From assembly GCA_038232055.1 (NCBI GenBank), contig JBBSIN010000004.1:1697-65696 (forward strand): 64,000 nt of DNA, in the 5' to 3' direction. The notes beneath the pieces were generated by a model that was not told the DNA's origin, did not search any database, and was given only the letters and a program-made list of their open reading frames with translations. Below, in pieces: positions 1 to 8,975 of the stretch (the first letter of the stretch is position 1; each line of letters opens with the position of its first letter). Position numbers and translations under genes: made by a program. The stretch comes from Mycobacteriales bacterium (GTDB lineage: Bacteria > Actinomycetota > Actinomycetes > JADGOV01).

Positions 1-747
1 CACGATCCGCCCGACGAGGACGCCGAGGAGCACCGTGGTCGAGCCGCGCTCGCCCAGCTCGAGCCCGACAGTCGTCGCGTCCTCATGCTGCGCGACGGGT
101 ACGACCTGCCGCCCGCAACGGTAGCCGCATGCTGCGACACCGACGTGGCGGGCATGCGCCGGCGAGTTTTCGCAGCGCGGCTCGGGCTGCTCGCGTCGTA
201 CGACGCCCGGCCCGGTCCCGAGCCGGGCGACGAGTCGGACTGTCCGCTCGACACCGGCGAGCTCGCCGCGCTCACCGACCACACCCTGCCGCCGAGCGGG
301 TCCGTGGTGCTGCGGCGGCACGCTTACCGGTGCCCGAGGTGCGACGACGTCATCGACGCGCAGGAGCGCGCCCGCCGTATCGTCGCGCGGCTTCCCCTGC
401 TCCGGATGGACCCCACTGCAGGAATGCGCCTCGTCGACGCGGCGGCCGCTGCGGCCGAGGAGCGACTGTCGCCGCTCGACGCGCTTTTCGTCGGACCGGC
501 GCCCGAGGCAAGCCACGAGCAGGGGCGGCCGCTTTCGGCCGCACTCGCTGGGTTCGCCCTCTCGCTGTCGCTGCTCGCCGGCGTGGTCGCCGGGCTCGCC
601 GACGGCCGCAGACCGCACCCGTCTCCGGCAACCGCCCTGGTGACCCCCGGCCCGTCCCCTTCGACGTCGTGCACGCCACAGGCCGACCCGCGCGAAGTGG
701 CGATCGGCGCCGGTCGCCGGCTCCGCCCGCCGGCACTGCACTGCTGA
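1..747 (+). CDS. ECF-type sigma factor (region 4 visible) fused to a ZAS-type anti-sigma motif and one TM helix; 5' end lies outside the window
   Basis: The frame of ORF 85..747 stays open back to nt 1. ALAQLEPDSRRVLMLRDGYDLPPATVAACCDTDVAGMRRRVFAARLGL reads as a sigma-70 region 4 HTH. It is followed by C-x25-HAYRCPRC (C...H-x3-C-x2-C) and the hydrophobic stretch LSAALAGFALSLSLLAGVVAGLA. GC3 is high. Confidence 0.55.
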   Translation, partial: HDPPDEDAEEHRGRAALAQLEPDSRRVLMLRDGYDLPPATVAACCDTDVAGMRRRVFAARLGLLASYDARPGPEPGDESDCPLDTGELAALTDHTLPPSGSVVLRRHAYRCPRCDDVIDAQERARRIVARLPLLRMDPTAGMRLVDAAAAAAEERLSPLDALFVGPAPEASHEQGRPLSAALAGFALSLSLLAGVVAGLADGRRPHPSPATALVTPGPSPSTSCTPQADPREVAIGAGRRLRPPALHC

Positions 748-785
748 GACACTGCGCTGCTGAGGCAACGCGCTGCTGAGGCAAA
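738..785. repeat. 16-bp tandem repeat x3 (GCRCTGCTGAGRCA core) in a convergent intergenic gap
   Basis: Cores at 738-751, 754-767 and 770-783 with period 16. The first copy contains the TGA stop (745-747) of the upstream gene. Confidence 0.8.
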
Positions 786-798
786 CGCAGCGGTCCGG

Positions 799-2046
799 TC
801 AGCGGACGACGTGCAGGGCGGCGGCGCGTACGGCGATGTGGGCGCCCTGGTCGCGCAGCTTCTCGGCCCCCTCACCCACTCCGACGCCCACCCGCCGGGC
901 GAACCCCGCCGAGTCGGCGACGACCGTGCCGCGGAAGCTGACCCGCATGCCGGGCCGGACCCGGACCGGCGACTCCCCTACCGCGAGGAGGTGAACGAAG
1001 AGCCGCGAGCCGCGAGCTCTGCCCACCCAGAAGCCCTCGTCGGCCGGCACCGACTGGACAGCGACGTTGTACGCCGTCACGGGTCGCCCGGCGTACTTGG
1101 CGAGTCGTACACCGGGCCCTGCCGGCCACAGCGTGGTGGAGCCGCTGCGGACGTAACCGACCATCGGTTCCGCGGCGGCCGGCGTCGCCGACGACGCCGG
1201 CGCGCGAGGCTGCGTTGCCGGCATGGGAGGTGACGGCGTTCGCATCGCCAGGACGACCGCCAGCGCGGCGCCGCCGGCGACCACCGTGCCGACTGCCGCA
1301 CTTGCGACAGCATGCTCACGAGCTCGGGCGCCCGCTCCGCGCAGCAGCTCGACCAACCCGGCGACCGGTGCGATGCCGGTCAGCCCCCGCCGGCGTGTGA
1401 TCAAGGGATCGCTCAGGGCGCCGCAGGCCTCGCAGTCGAGCAGGTGCCGGTCGGCGCCGAGTGCGCGCTGCTGGCGCCGGTCGGCCGAGGCAAGCGAAAG
1501 CAGGACGGGCCGGCACCTCGTCGTCGGCAGGTCCACGCGGCGAAACGCCAGCAGGTAATCGACCCGCAGCCGGGCGCGCGCCCGGTGCAGTCGCGCGGCG
1601 ACGCCACCCGCACTCTCCCCGCGATCGGCCGCCAGCTTCGCGACCGATCGCCCTTCCACCTCGTGTCCGAGGAGTAGGTAACGCTCCTCCTCGGCCATCC
1701 GAACGAGCGCGACCGCCATGGCCTCGTGCTCCTCACGGCGCAACGCGTGCTCGTCGGGCGACTCCTCGCCGGTCCGGTCGATCAGCCGATGCCGGTGGCG
1801 CCCGTCGCGGTCGTCCGCACGCTCCCGGGACTTGACGAGGTTGCGCGCGGTCACGACCGCGTAGGACACCAACGCGGCCCGGTCGAGGCGCCACCGCGCG
1901 TCGAGCAAGCGGGCCAGGGTCTCCTGCACCACGTCGTCGGCCGTGTCGGCGTCTGCCACGCGCGCGCGTACGACCCGCCGCAGCACGCCGTCCACGTCGA
2001 CAAGGTCCTCGTCGGTGAACGGCGATGCGGTGGCGCGCGTCGCCAC
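799..2046 (-). CDS. ECF sigma factor with C-terminal ZAS anti-sigma-like motif, TM helix and about 150-aa extracytoplasmic domain
   Basis: Region 2 (DDVVQETLARLLDARWRL...VVTARNLVKSRER) and region 4 (RSVAKLAADRGESAGGVAARLHRARARLR) are visible. They are followed by C-x22-HLLDCEAC, then the TM stretch VASAAVGTVVAGGAALAVVLAM and a Pro/Ala linker plus a C-terminal domain. Confidence 0.8.
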   Translation of the reverse strand: MATRATASPFTDEDLVDVDGVLRRVVRARVADADTADDVVQETLARLLDARWRLDRAALVSYAVVTARNLVKSRERADDRDGRHRHRLIDRTGEESPDEHALRREEHEAMAVALVRMAEEERYLLLGHEVEGRSVAKLAADRGESAGGVAARLHRARARLRVDYLLAFRRVDLPTTRCRPVLLSLASADRRQQRALGADRHLLDCEACGALSDPLITRRRGLTGIAPVAGLVELLRGAGARAREHAVASAAVGTVVAGGAALAVVLAMRTPSPPMPATQPRAPASSATPAAAEPMVGYVRSGSTTLWPAGPGVRLAKYAGRPVTAYNVAVQSVPADEGFWVGRARGSRLFVHLLAVGESPVRVRPGMRVSFRGTVVADSAGFARRVGVGVGEGAEKLRDQGAHIAVRAAALHVVR

Positions 2047-2244
2047 AGTGTCCTTCCCGTCGCAATCGAGCAGGCGGCCTCAAACGCCCAAAACCTACCC
2101 GGCCCGACGCGTCATGTACCGGGCCTCAACTCGTCTCACCCTAAGAGGTCGTTATTCGACCGGATGCCTGGGCCAGTGTGGACGAGGCCGCATCTGGGAG
2201 CGACCTCGCCGGCCTCACCCCCATTCGAATCGAGGGAGCATCTC

Positions 2245-3033
2245 TTGACGCAAGCGATCAATTTCCGCAGCGGGATCGAGAACGCGTGGTCCAACGTGGC
2301 AGCGTTCGTACCCAAGCTCATCGCTTTTTTGGTCATCCTGATCATCGGCTACATCGTGGCCAAGATCATCGCGAAGATCTTCGACAAGGTGCTGGAGCGG
2401 GTGGGCTTCGACAAGCTGGTCGAACGCGGCGGCATCAAGCAGGCTCTGTCGAACTCCCAGTACGACGCGTCGACTCTTCTCAGCAAGGTCGTCTTGTACG
2501 CGATCATGCTCTTCGTACTGAGCACGGCGTTCGGCGTGTTCGGCACCAACCCGATCAGCGACTACCTGCGCTCGGTAGTGGCGTACCTGCCGAAGGTCTT
2601 CGTCGCGATCCTCATCATCGTCGTCACCGCGGCCATCGCGGCGGGGATGCGCTCGCTGATCCAGAACTCGCTGGGCGGGCTCAGCTACGGCAACCTACTC
2701 GCCGGAGCGGCGTCCGCTTTGATCATGGCTTTTGGCGTGATCGCGGCCTTGAACCAGCTCAACATCGCGCAGAACGTCGTCAACGCACTGTTGTACTTCC
2801 TGCTCTTCACGATCGGCGGCATCCTCGTCGTCGCGGTGGGTGGTGGCGGCATCGGTCCCATGCAGCAGCGCTGGCACAACGTGCTCGCCCGCTATGACGA
2901 GGAAAAGCCCAACGTCCGCCAGCAGGTGCACCAGGCGCCGAGCGTCCGCGAGCAGGCGCAGCAGGCCCAGCAGTCCACCCAATCCAGCGGTCAGTCGGGC
3001 GGGCAGGCCGGGGCCCGACGCGTCCAGCCGTAG
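2245..3033 (+). CDS. Membrane protein with conserved TM-helix repeats (MscS-N-terminal-like 'TM helix' family) and a Gln/Ser-rich tail
   Basis: ORF 1726..3033 is open far upstream. AGGGAG at 2233-2238 is followed 6 nt later by an in-frame TTG at 2245. From there come repeated hydrophobic helices (FVPKLIAFLVILIIGYIVAKIIAKIF, VVLYAIMLFVLSTAFGVF, VFVAILIIVVTAAIAAG). Confidence 0.6.
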   Translation: MTQAINFRSGIENAWSNVAAFVPKLIAFLVILIIGYIVAKIIAKIFDKVLERVGFDKLVERGGIKQALSNSQYDASTLLSKVVLYAIMLFVLSTAFGVFGTNPISDYLRSVVAYLPKVFVAILIIVVTAAIAAGMRSLIQNSLGGLSYGNLLAGAASALIMAFGVIAALNQLNIAQNVVNALLYFLLFTIGGILVVAVGGGGIGPMQQRWHNVLARYDEEKPNVRQQVHQAPSVREQAQQAQQSTQSSGQSGGQAGARRVQP

Positions 3034-3060
3034 CAGTCATCTCTCGTATCGGAGGTAGTA

Positions 3061-3866
3061 ATGCTCGACGAAAGCCAGGCGCGGAACCTCATCGGCGCGA
3101 CGCTCTACGACAGCGACAGTGGAAAGATCGGCAAGGTCGGCCAGGTGTATCTCGACGACGAGACGAGCGTGCCGGAGTGGGCACCGTCCACACCGGGCTC
3201 TTCGGAGGCAAGGAGAGCTTCGTCCCGCTCGCCGGGGCGCGGATGTCGGGAAGCGACGTCACCGTGCCCTACTCCAAGGACATGATCAAGGGGGCGCCCA
3301 GCACCACCGACGGGCATCTCACCCAGGACCAGGAGGCCGATCTCTACCGCCACTACGGCCTGAACTACACCGAGCGCACCTCGGACACCGGCCTGCCGAG
3401 CGGCACCGGTCAGGCCGCGGGGAGGTCGTACGCCGGCGACACCGAGGGCACCGTCGGTCGTGACGTCTCCGGACCGACGACGGACGACGCCATGGCCCGC
3501 TCCGAGGAGCGGCTGAGGGTTGGCACGGAGCAGGTGCAGGGCGGTCGGGTGCGACTGCGGAAGTACATCGTCACCGAGAACGTCACGCATACCGTCCCGG
3601 TACGGCGCGAGGAAGTTCGGATCGAGCGCGAGCCCATCACCGACGCCAACGTCGGCCCGTCGATGAGCGGCGCCGACCTCTCGGAGGAGGAGCACGTGGT
3701 CGTCCTCAACGAGGAGCGCCCGGTCGTGCAGAAGGAGACCGTGCCGGTCGAGCGGGTGCGCCTGGACAAGGACACCGTGACCGAGGACGTCGAAGTCTCC
3801 GAGCAGGTCGCCAAGGAGAAGATCGATATGACGGGCGTCGAGGAGACCGACCGCACGAACCGCTGA
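3061..3866 (+). pseudogene. PRC-barrel + DUF2382 (YsnF/AvaK-like) stress protein gene split by a frameshift near 3178-3183
   Basis: ORF 3061..3285 begins MLDESQARNLIGATLYDSDSGKIGKVGQVYLDDETSVPEW, a PRC-barrel start. The natural continuation TVHTGLFGGKESFVPLAGARMSG...RLRKYIVTENVTHTVPVRREEVRIEREP is in the frame of ORF 3177..3866. Confidence 0.7.
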
Positions 3867-3882
3867 CGCGGCCGACGACGGA

Positions 3883-3917
3883 GTAGCCCGGTGCCGGTTC
3901 GACCGGCGCCGGGCTAC
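3883..3917. terminator. 15-bp stem hairpin between convergent genes (candidate bidirectional terminator)
   Basis: GTAGCCCGGTGCCGG-TTCGA-CCGGCGCCGGGCTAC with one G-U pair. It lies between the stop at 3866 (+) and the stop at 3914 (-). There is no clear U-tract. Confidence 0.5.
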
Positions 3918-4885
3918 GGGCGGGTGGCGAGCAGGGCCGAGCCCAGCGGGGTGAGCCCGTAGAGAACGGCCCGCCCGGCGCGCTGGCGGGAAGCGAGTCC
4001 GGCCGCGGCAAGCACGCCGAGGTGCTGGGAGACCGTGCCCGGCGAGAGCCGGTAACGGGCCGCGAGCTGAGTCGTCGAGACCGGCTCGACGAGGCTGCCC
4101 AACAGCTGCGAGCGGGTACGTCCGAGCAGGACGGCAAGCGCGTCGCTGCAGGCTTCCGATGGCCGCTCCCACAGCAGGCCCACGCCACGGGCCGGATAGA
4201 TCACCGTGGGCTGCCAGGGTTCGTCGAGGACGGCCAGCACCCGAGGCCAGACGAACACGCTCGGGAGTAGCAGCAGACCGTCGCCGTCCAGCGCGCGTCG
4301 CTGGTCGTGATCGGCCTTGATCTGCAGCGACGGTTCGGCCCAGCGCACCCGGTCGTGCAGGTCGGCGATCATCCGCTCGACGCCGCCCACGGCGAGGAGA
4401 CGGCCCCGGTAGAGCACGTCGGCGTCGAGCAGGTCGCGAAGGCGCAGCCAGTCCTCGGCCAGCAGTCGCGACCACACCGCGCCGAGCAGGTCCGCGAGCA
4501 GTCCCGGTACGGCGGCCGGGGCGTCGAGAAGCGGCCGGGCATCGGCCGGCACCGGACGTCCGGCGAAAGCCCAGCCCAGCTCTCGGCGTACCTGCACCTG
4601 CGGTGTCGCCCGGACGCGCTCCAGCTCCTCGGCGATGTCGGCCAGCGGGCTCGTCGGCGGCGGGCTGAGGAAGTCCGGCACGTAGGAACGGGCGGTGAGC
4701 AGCGCGCGCAGCACGCCGACGTCGAGACCGGCCAGCCGGCGTGCGGCGAGACGAAGCCACGGGAGATGCAGCGGGTGGCGATCCGGCTCGAAGACCGCCT
4801 CCAGCGCCGCCGTCGTCTCCCACAGCGGGGAGATCGCGAACCGGATGCGCAGCAGGTCGGCCGGCGTGAAGTCCAGGCTGATCAT
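3914..4885 (-). CDS. ArsR-family winged-HTH transcriptional regulator with a long N-terminal domain
   Basis: The C-terminal ALAVLLGRTRSQLLGSLVEPVSTTQLAARYRLSPGTVSQHLGVLAAAGLASRQRAGRAVLY is a typical ArsR HTH. The gene is divergent from an MFS gene. Confidence 0.75.
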   Translation of the reverse strand: MISLDFTPADLLRIRFAISPLWETTAALEAVFEPDRHPLHLPWLRLAARRLAGLDVGVLRALLTARSYVPDFLSPPPTSPLADIAEELERVRATPQVQVRRELGWAFAGRPVPADARPLLDAPAAVPGLLADLLGAVWSRLLAEDWLRLRDLLDADVLYRGRLLAVGGVERMIADLHDRVRWAEPSLQIKADHDQRRALDGDGLLLLPSVFVWPRVLAVLDEPWQPTVIYPARGVGLLWERPSEACSDALAVLLGRTRSQLLGSLVEPVSTTQLAARYRLSPGTVSQHLGVLAAAGLASRQRAGRAVLYGLTPLGSALLATRP

Positions 4886-4949
4886 CCGCGACCCTTCGGC
4901 GGCAGCTAAATCGTTGGCGTTCCGACGCTATCGGGCCGAAGCTGCGAGC

Positions 4950-6134
4950 ATGGCTCTGACGCGATACCGGGAGGTGCTGCGCGCCCCGTCGGTCGGCTGG
5001 CTGCTCACCACGTCACTGGTGGGGCGCCTGCCGCAGGGCATGACTGGGCTCGCGCTGCTGTTGCTCGTCACTCGGCACGGCACGTACGCCGCCGCCGGCG
5101 CGGTGACCGCCGTTTTTCTCGTCGCGACCTGCCTGGCGACCCCGCTCGTCTCGCGGGCGGCCGACCGACTGGGTCGCCGCCGGGTGCTGCGGGCCACCGC
5201 ATGCGGCTTCGCCGTCGCGTCGCTCGGCCTGGCCGCCTCGGCAGCTCACCCGGTGCCGCTCGTCGTCTTCGCACTGCTCGCCGGGGCATCCTCCCCACCG
5301 CTCGCCGCGTCGGCGCGTGCGGTGTGGCCGGCGCTCGTTACCGGTGCGCAACGCCAGTCCCTGTTCGCGCTCGAGGCCACCCTGCAGGAGATGACGTTCA
5401 TCGCCGGGCCGGCGCTCGTCGCCCTGCTCGCCGCTGCCGGAAGTGCCGCCCTGGCCGTCGCTGCCAGCGGCGCGATCTGCCTGGCCGGCACGATCGCGTT
5501 CACCGCCGACGCGGCAGCCGACAGCGGCATGGCCGAGCGCGGCGCGAAACCCGGGGCCGCCGTACTGGGCTCCGCGCCGTTGCGGCACCTCATCGCGGCC
5601 GGCGTGGCTCTCGTCGCGGCGCTCAGCATCGCGGAGGTCGGGATCGTCGCCTTTGTCAGCGGATCGCAGGCCTCGGCTGGCGCCGGCGTCGCGCTGGCGC
5701 TGTGGTCCGCCGGGTCGCTGGTCGGGGGCGCCATTTTCGGGTCGATACCGGTCACCCGAACGCCGCTGACCGCCTTTTTGGCGACGGCGGCCGTCGGGTT
5801 CGGCGTGCTCGCCGCTGCCCCCACGACGCTGGCGCTGAGCGCCTTGCTTTTCGTCGGCGGTTCGGCGATCGCACCCGCACTCGCCCTCCTCTACACCAGG
5901 GTCGGCGCGCTGGCCCCGGCCGGCGCCACCACGGAGGCGTTCGGCTGGCTCTCGAGCGGCCTGATGGCGGGAGCCGCGGCCGGCGTCGCGCTCGGTGGCG
6001 TGGTCGTGTCGTCCCACGGCCCGCGAGTGGCCTTCCTCGCGGCGACCGGAGTCGGTCTGCTGGCGGCCGCTGTGGCCGAGCCGATTCGGGGATGGCGTCG
6101 CCGGGTCGAGGTCGACCCGCAAGTCTGCGCCTGA
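4950..6134 (+). CDS. MFS transporter
   Basis: The internal ATG at residue 86 of ORF 4695..6134 (MALTRYREVL...) starts about 12 hydrophobic segments. An MFS-like loop ADRLGRRRVL is present. Confidence 0.8.
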   Translation: MALTRYREVLRAPSVGWLLTTSLVGRLPQGMTGLALLLLVTRHGTYAAAGAVTAVFLVATCLATPLVSRAADRLGRRRVLRATACGFAVASLGLAASAAHPVPLVVFALLAGASSPPLAASARAVWPALVTGAQRQSLFALEATLQEMTFIAGPALVALLAAAGSAALAVAASGAICLAGTIAFTADAAADSGMAERGAKPGAAVLGSAPLRHLIAAGVALVAALSIAEVGIVAFVSGSQASAGAGVALALWSAGSLVGGAIFGSIPVTRTPLTAFLATAAVGFGVLAAAPTTLALSALLFVGGSAIAPALALLYTRVGALAPAGATTEAFGWLSSGLMAGAAAGVALGGVVVSSHGPRVAFLAATGVGLLAAAVAEPIRGWRRRVEVDPQVCA

Positions 6135-6168
6135 CCGGGCCGCATCAGAGGGGCCGGGTCGGGTCGGC

Positions 6169-6630
6169 TCAGCCGCTGACGACTGGTACGTCGGGCGCAA
6201 AAGAGGCGACGGCCGTCCGCAACGCTCGCGCGTCGAGCCGGCCGGAGGGCAGATGCCGAACGAGGGCGCCGGACCGTCCGTGGTGGGCGAGCGGAATCCG
6301 CTCGCCCTCCCGCAGCCGCACCTCCACGTCGGTGCCCCCGTCGGCCGACGGCGTCAGGGTCAGCGCGGCGACCGACGTCCACGGCACGGTCAGGTCGTCG
6401 CGGCGGGTGAGGCCGGTCGCGCCCAGCGACACGCCCTTGGCGCTCAGCACGACCGACCGACGCAGGCGGCGCCATCCGATCGCCACGATGATCGCCATGA
6501 TCAGGATCGCCGGTCCCGCTCCGCTGATCGGCCGGCCCTGGGTGACCAGAAAGGCGACCAGGAGCACGGGTACGGCGACCGGCACGAGCAGCTCGACCGG
6601 GCGGAGCGGGCGGCGTACGACGTGACTCAC
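6169..6630 (-). CDS. Small membrane protein (two TM helices plus a PH-like soluble part), hypothetical
   Basis: The GTG start overlaps the pfkA stop (GTGA). TM stretches are LLVPVAVPVLLVAFLV and AILIMAIIVAIGW. GC3 is high. Confidence 0.5.
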   Translation of the reverse strand: MSHVVRRPLRPVELLVPVAVPVLLVAFLVTQGRPISGAGPAILIMAIIVAIGWRRLRRSVVLSAKGVSLGATGLTRRDDLTVPWTSVAALTLTPSADGGTDVEVRLREGERIPLAHHGRSGALVRHLPSGRLDARALRTAVASFAPDVPVVSG

Positions 6631-7652
6631 CCGAAGAAGACCTCGGCTTCGGCGTACATCTGAGGTGGCACGAGCTTCAGCTCGCGGGTCGCCGCCTCGA
6701 GGGAGACCAGCTCGATCGCGGTGCCACGCAGCGCGGTCATCGTGCCCCAGCGATGGGCGTGGGCGGCGTCGATGGCGTGCAGGCCGAAGCGGGTCGCGAG
6801 CACCCGGTCGAACGCGGTTGGCGTGCCGCCGCGCTGGATGTGGCCCAGCACGGTGGTGCGCGCCTCCTTGCCGGTGCGCGACTCGATCTCGCGCTCGAGC
6901 GCGACGCCGATGCCGCCGAGCCGCACGTGCCCGAAGGCGTCGAGGTCACCTTCCGCCAGCGCCATCGTGCCCTCCGCGGGCGTCGCGCCTTCGGCCACGA
7001 CCACGATCGGCGCATAGTTGCTCCGAAACCGGTGCTCGATGTGCGCGCAGACCCGCTCGATGTCGAACGGCTTCTCCGGGATGAGGATGACGTTTGCGCC
7101 ACCTGCCAGCCCGGCGTGCAGCGCGATCCAGCCCGCGTGGCGTCCCATGACCTCGACGATGAGCGCCCGGTGGTGACTCTCCGCCGTCGTGTGCAGCCGG
7201 TCGATCGCCTCCATGGCGATGTTGACGGCGGTGTCAAAGCCGAACGTGTAGTCGGTGGCACCCAGGTCGTTGTCGATGGTCTTGGGTACGCCGACGACCT
7301 GTACGCCGGCGTCGTACAGCCGCTTCGCGACGCCGAGGGTGTCCTCACCACCGATCGCGATGAGCGCGTCGACCCCGAGCCGGCCCAGGTTCTCCACGAT
7401 GCGCTCGACGCCGCCGTCAACCTTGAAGGGGTTCGTTCGCGAGGAGCCGAGGATCGTCCCCCCGCGCGGCAGGATGCCGCGGACGTCCGGGACGCCGAGC
7501 GGCATCGTGAGCCCGTCCAGCGGTCCACGCCACCCGTCGCGGAAGCCGACGAACTCGTGACCGTAGTCGCCGACCCCCTTGCGGACGACGGCACGGATCA
7601 CCGCGTTGAGGCCAGGACAGTCGCCGCCACCGGTGAGCACGCCGATTCGCAT
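6627..7652 (-). CDS. pfkA: ATP-dependent 6-phosphofructokinase
   Basis: MRIGVLTGGGDCPGLNAVIRAVVRKG, IGGEDTLGVA, PKTIDNDL and MGRHAGWIAL are canonical PfkA motifs. Confidence 0.95.
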   Translation of the reverse strand: MRIGVLTGGGDCPGLNAVIRAVVRKGVGDYGHEFVGFRDGWRGPLDGLTMPLGVPDVRGILPRGGTILGSSRTNPFKVDGGVERIVENLGRLGVDALIAIGGEDTLGVAKRLYDAGVQVVGVPKTIDNDLGATDYTFGFDTAVNIAMEAIDRLHTTAESHHRALIVEVMGRHAGWIALHAGLAGGANVILIPEKPFDIERVCAHIEHRFRSNYAPIVVVAEGATPAEGTMALAEGDLDAFGHVRLGGIGVALEREIESRTGKEARTTVLGHIQRGGTPTAFDRVLATRFGLHAIDAAHAHRWGTMTALRGTAIELVSLEAATRELKLVPPQMYAEAEVFFG

Positions 7653-7671
7653 GCCGGAAACCTACCCAGCG

Positions 7672-8943
7672 TCAGCGCACCAGCAGCGCCGACGGCGGGT
7701 AGCCGCCGGGGAAGCGCCCCGGCAGCACAGTGAGCCGGCCGGTGCTGGTCGACCACAGCCCGATTCGCTGGAAGCCGTCGTCCGGCCACCGCACCCCGAT
7801 GGCCAGGTAGCGCCCGTCGGGTGACCAGGACAGGTCGGCCGCCTGCTTCTCCGGGGTCCCGATCCCGGGCAGGCGCACCGGTCGACCGGTGGTGAGGTCG
7901 AGCACCCAGACCCGGCCGTACTGTGCCGGCCGGTCGAAACCGTGCTGGCCGAACGACGCGAGCGCCAGCCGGCGCCCGTCCGGGCTGAACGCGCCCACCC
8001 CGAGGCTGCTCACGCCGGGCCAGCGGTAGGTCTGCATGCCGCCGGTACGGAGGTCGCTGACGACCAGGAAACACGCCTCGGGGCTCGGAACGAACACCTG
8101 ACAGGCCGGCGTGAGCCAGGCCGCCCGACGCGATGTCGCCACAACGACGGAGCGCGTTCGGCCGTAGGTGCGCAGCCGCTGGCCGGAGGCCGGGTCGACC
8201 AGGGCCAGCACAGCCGGTTGCTCTGACCGGTAGGCCGCGACGAGCAGGCCGGCTCCCGTGTCGGCGTGCAGCAGCCAGCCGGCGGGCACCGGCCTCCGCA
8301 GCAGCACCCGGCCGCCGGTTGTCACCTCCAGCAGCGTGGCCGGTCGGCCCTGCGCCGGCGGGTTCCGCAGTGCCCAGAACCTGCCCGGCCGGGCAGCGGC
8401 TACTACGTCGTCGGCCCGAACCAGCTCGGCGGCTCCTCCCGAGGAGCGCAGGAAGAGCACCCGACCGAGGTACGGCGCCGCCTCCTGCTGGAGAAGGACG
8501 AGTACGCCGCCCTGCACCGGTACCAGCCGCTCTACTGCGTAGCCTTCGGGCACCGGCAAGCCGGCCGGCTGCAGGTCGCCGCTGGCCGCGTCGAGTCGGC
8601 GAAGCGCCGCCCCACCGAGAAGGAGCTCGAGACCGGCCGGACCTGGCTGCTTCGGCCCCACGAACTGTGGACGCAGCGGCCCCGAAGGTGAGGGCGGTGC
8701 CGAGGGCGCCCTCGCCTCCCGGGCCGCTTCGGCGCCGGGCGGGGAGGGCCGCACGGTCACCGGCGAGACCGGCGCGGGCGCCGTACCCCTTGGCGCGGCA
8801 TGGCCGCCGTCCCGCAGCGCGCCGTAGCCCAGCGCGCCGAGCCCGACCGCGACAGCGGCGAGCACGACGACGATCCGCGGCACCGGGCGTCGCGGCGACG
8901 GCTCGTCGTCGTCCGGTCGGCCGCCGGTCAGCACCTCGGCCAT
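7672..8943 (-). CDS. Membrane-anchored protein with TolB/PD40-like beta-propeller repeats
   Basis: An N-terminal TM (IVVVLAAVAVGLGALGYGAL) and a Pro-rich linker are followed by FSPDGRRLALAS and WSPDGRYLAIG repeats. Confidence 0.6.
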   Translation of the reverse strand: MAEVLTGGRPDDDEPSPRRPVPRIVVVLAAVAVGLGALGYGALRDGGHAAPRGTAPAPVSPVTVRPSPPGAEAAREARAPSAPPSPSGPLRPQFVGPKQPGPAGLELLLGGAALRRLDAASGDLQPAGLPVPEGYAVERLVPVQGGVLVLLQQEAAPYLGRVLFLRSSGGAAELVRADDVVAAARPGRFWALRNPPAQGRPATLLEVTTGGRVLLRRPVPAGWLLHADTGAGLLVAAYRSEQPAVLALVDPASGQRLRTYGRTRSVVVATSRRAAWLTPACQVFVPSPEACFLVVSDLRTGGMQTYRWPGVSSLGVGAFSPDGRRLALASFGQHGFDRPAQYGRVWVLDLTTGRPVRLPGIGTPEKQAADLSWSPDGRYLAIGVRWPDDGFQRIGLWSTSTGRLTVLPGRFPGGYPPSALLVR

Positions 8944-8975
8944 GACCGGATTATGCGCCGGATATCGTCCGGCGC

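Noticed and set aside
3105-4823. 572-aa ORF on the minus strand
   Set aside because: It lies antisense or out of frame relative to the PRC-barrel and ArsR genes. Its composition is extreme Arg/Ala/Gly/Pro with no motifs. This is the typical shadow ORF of a high-GC genome.
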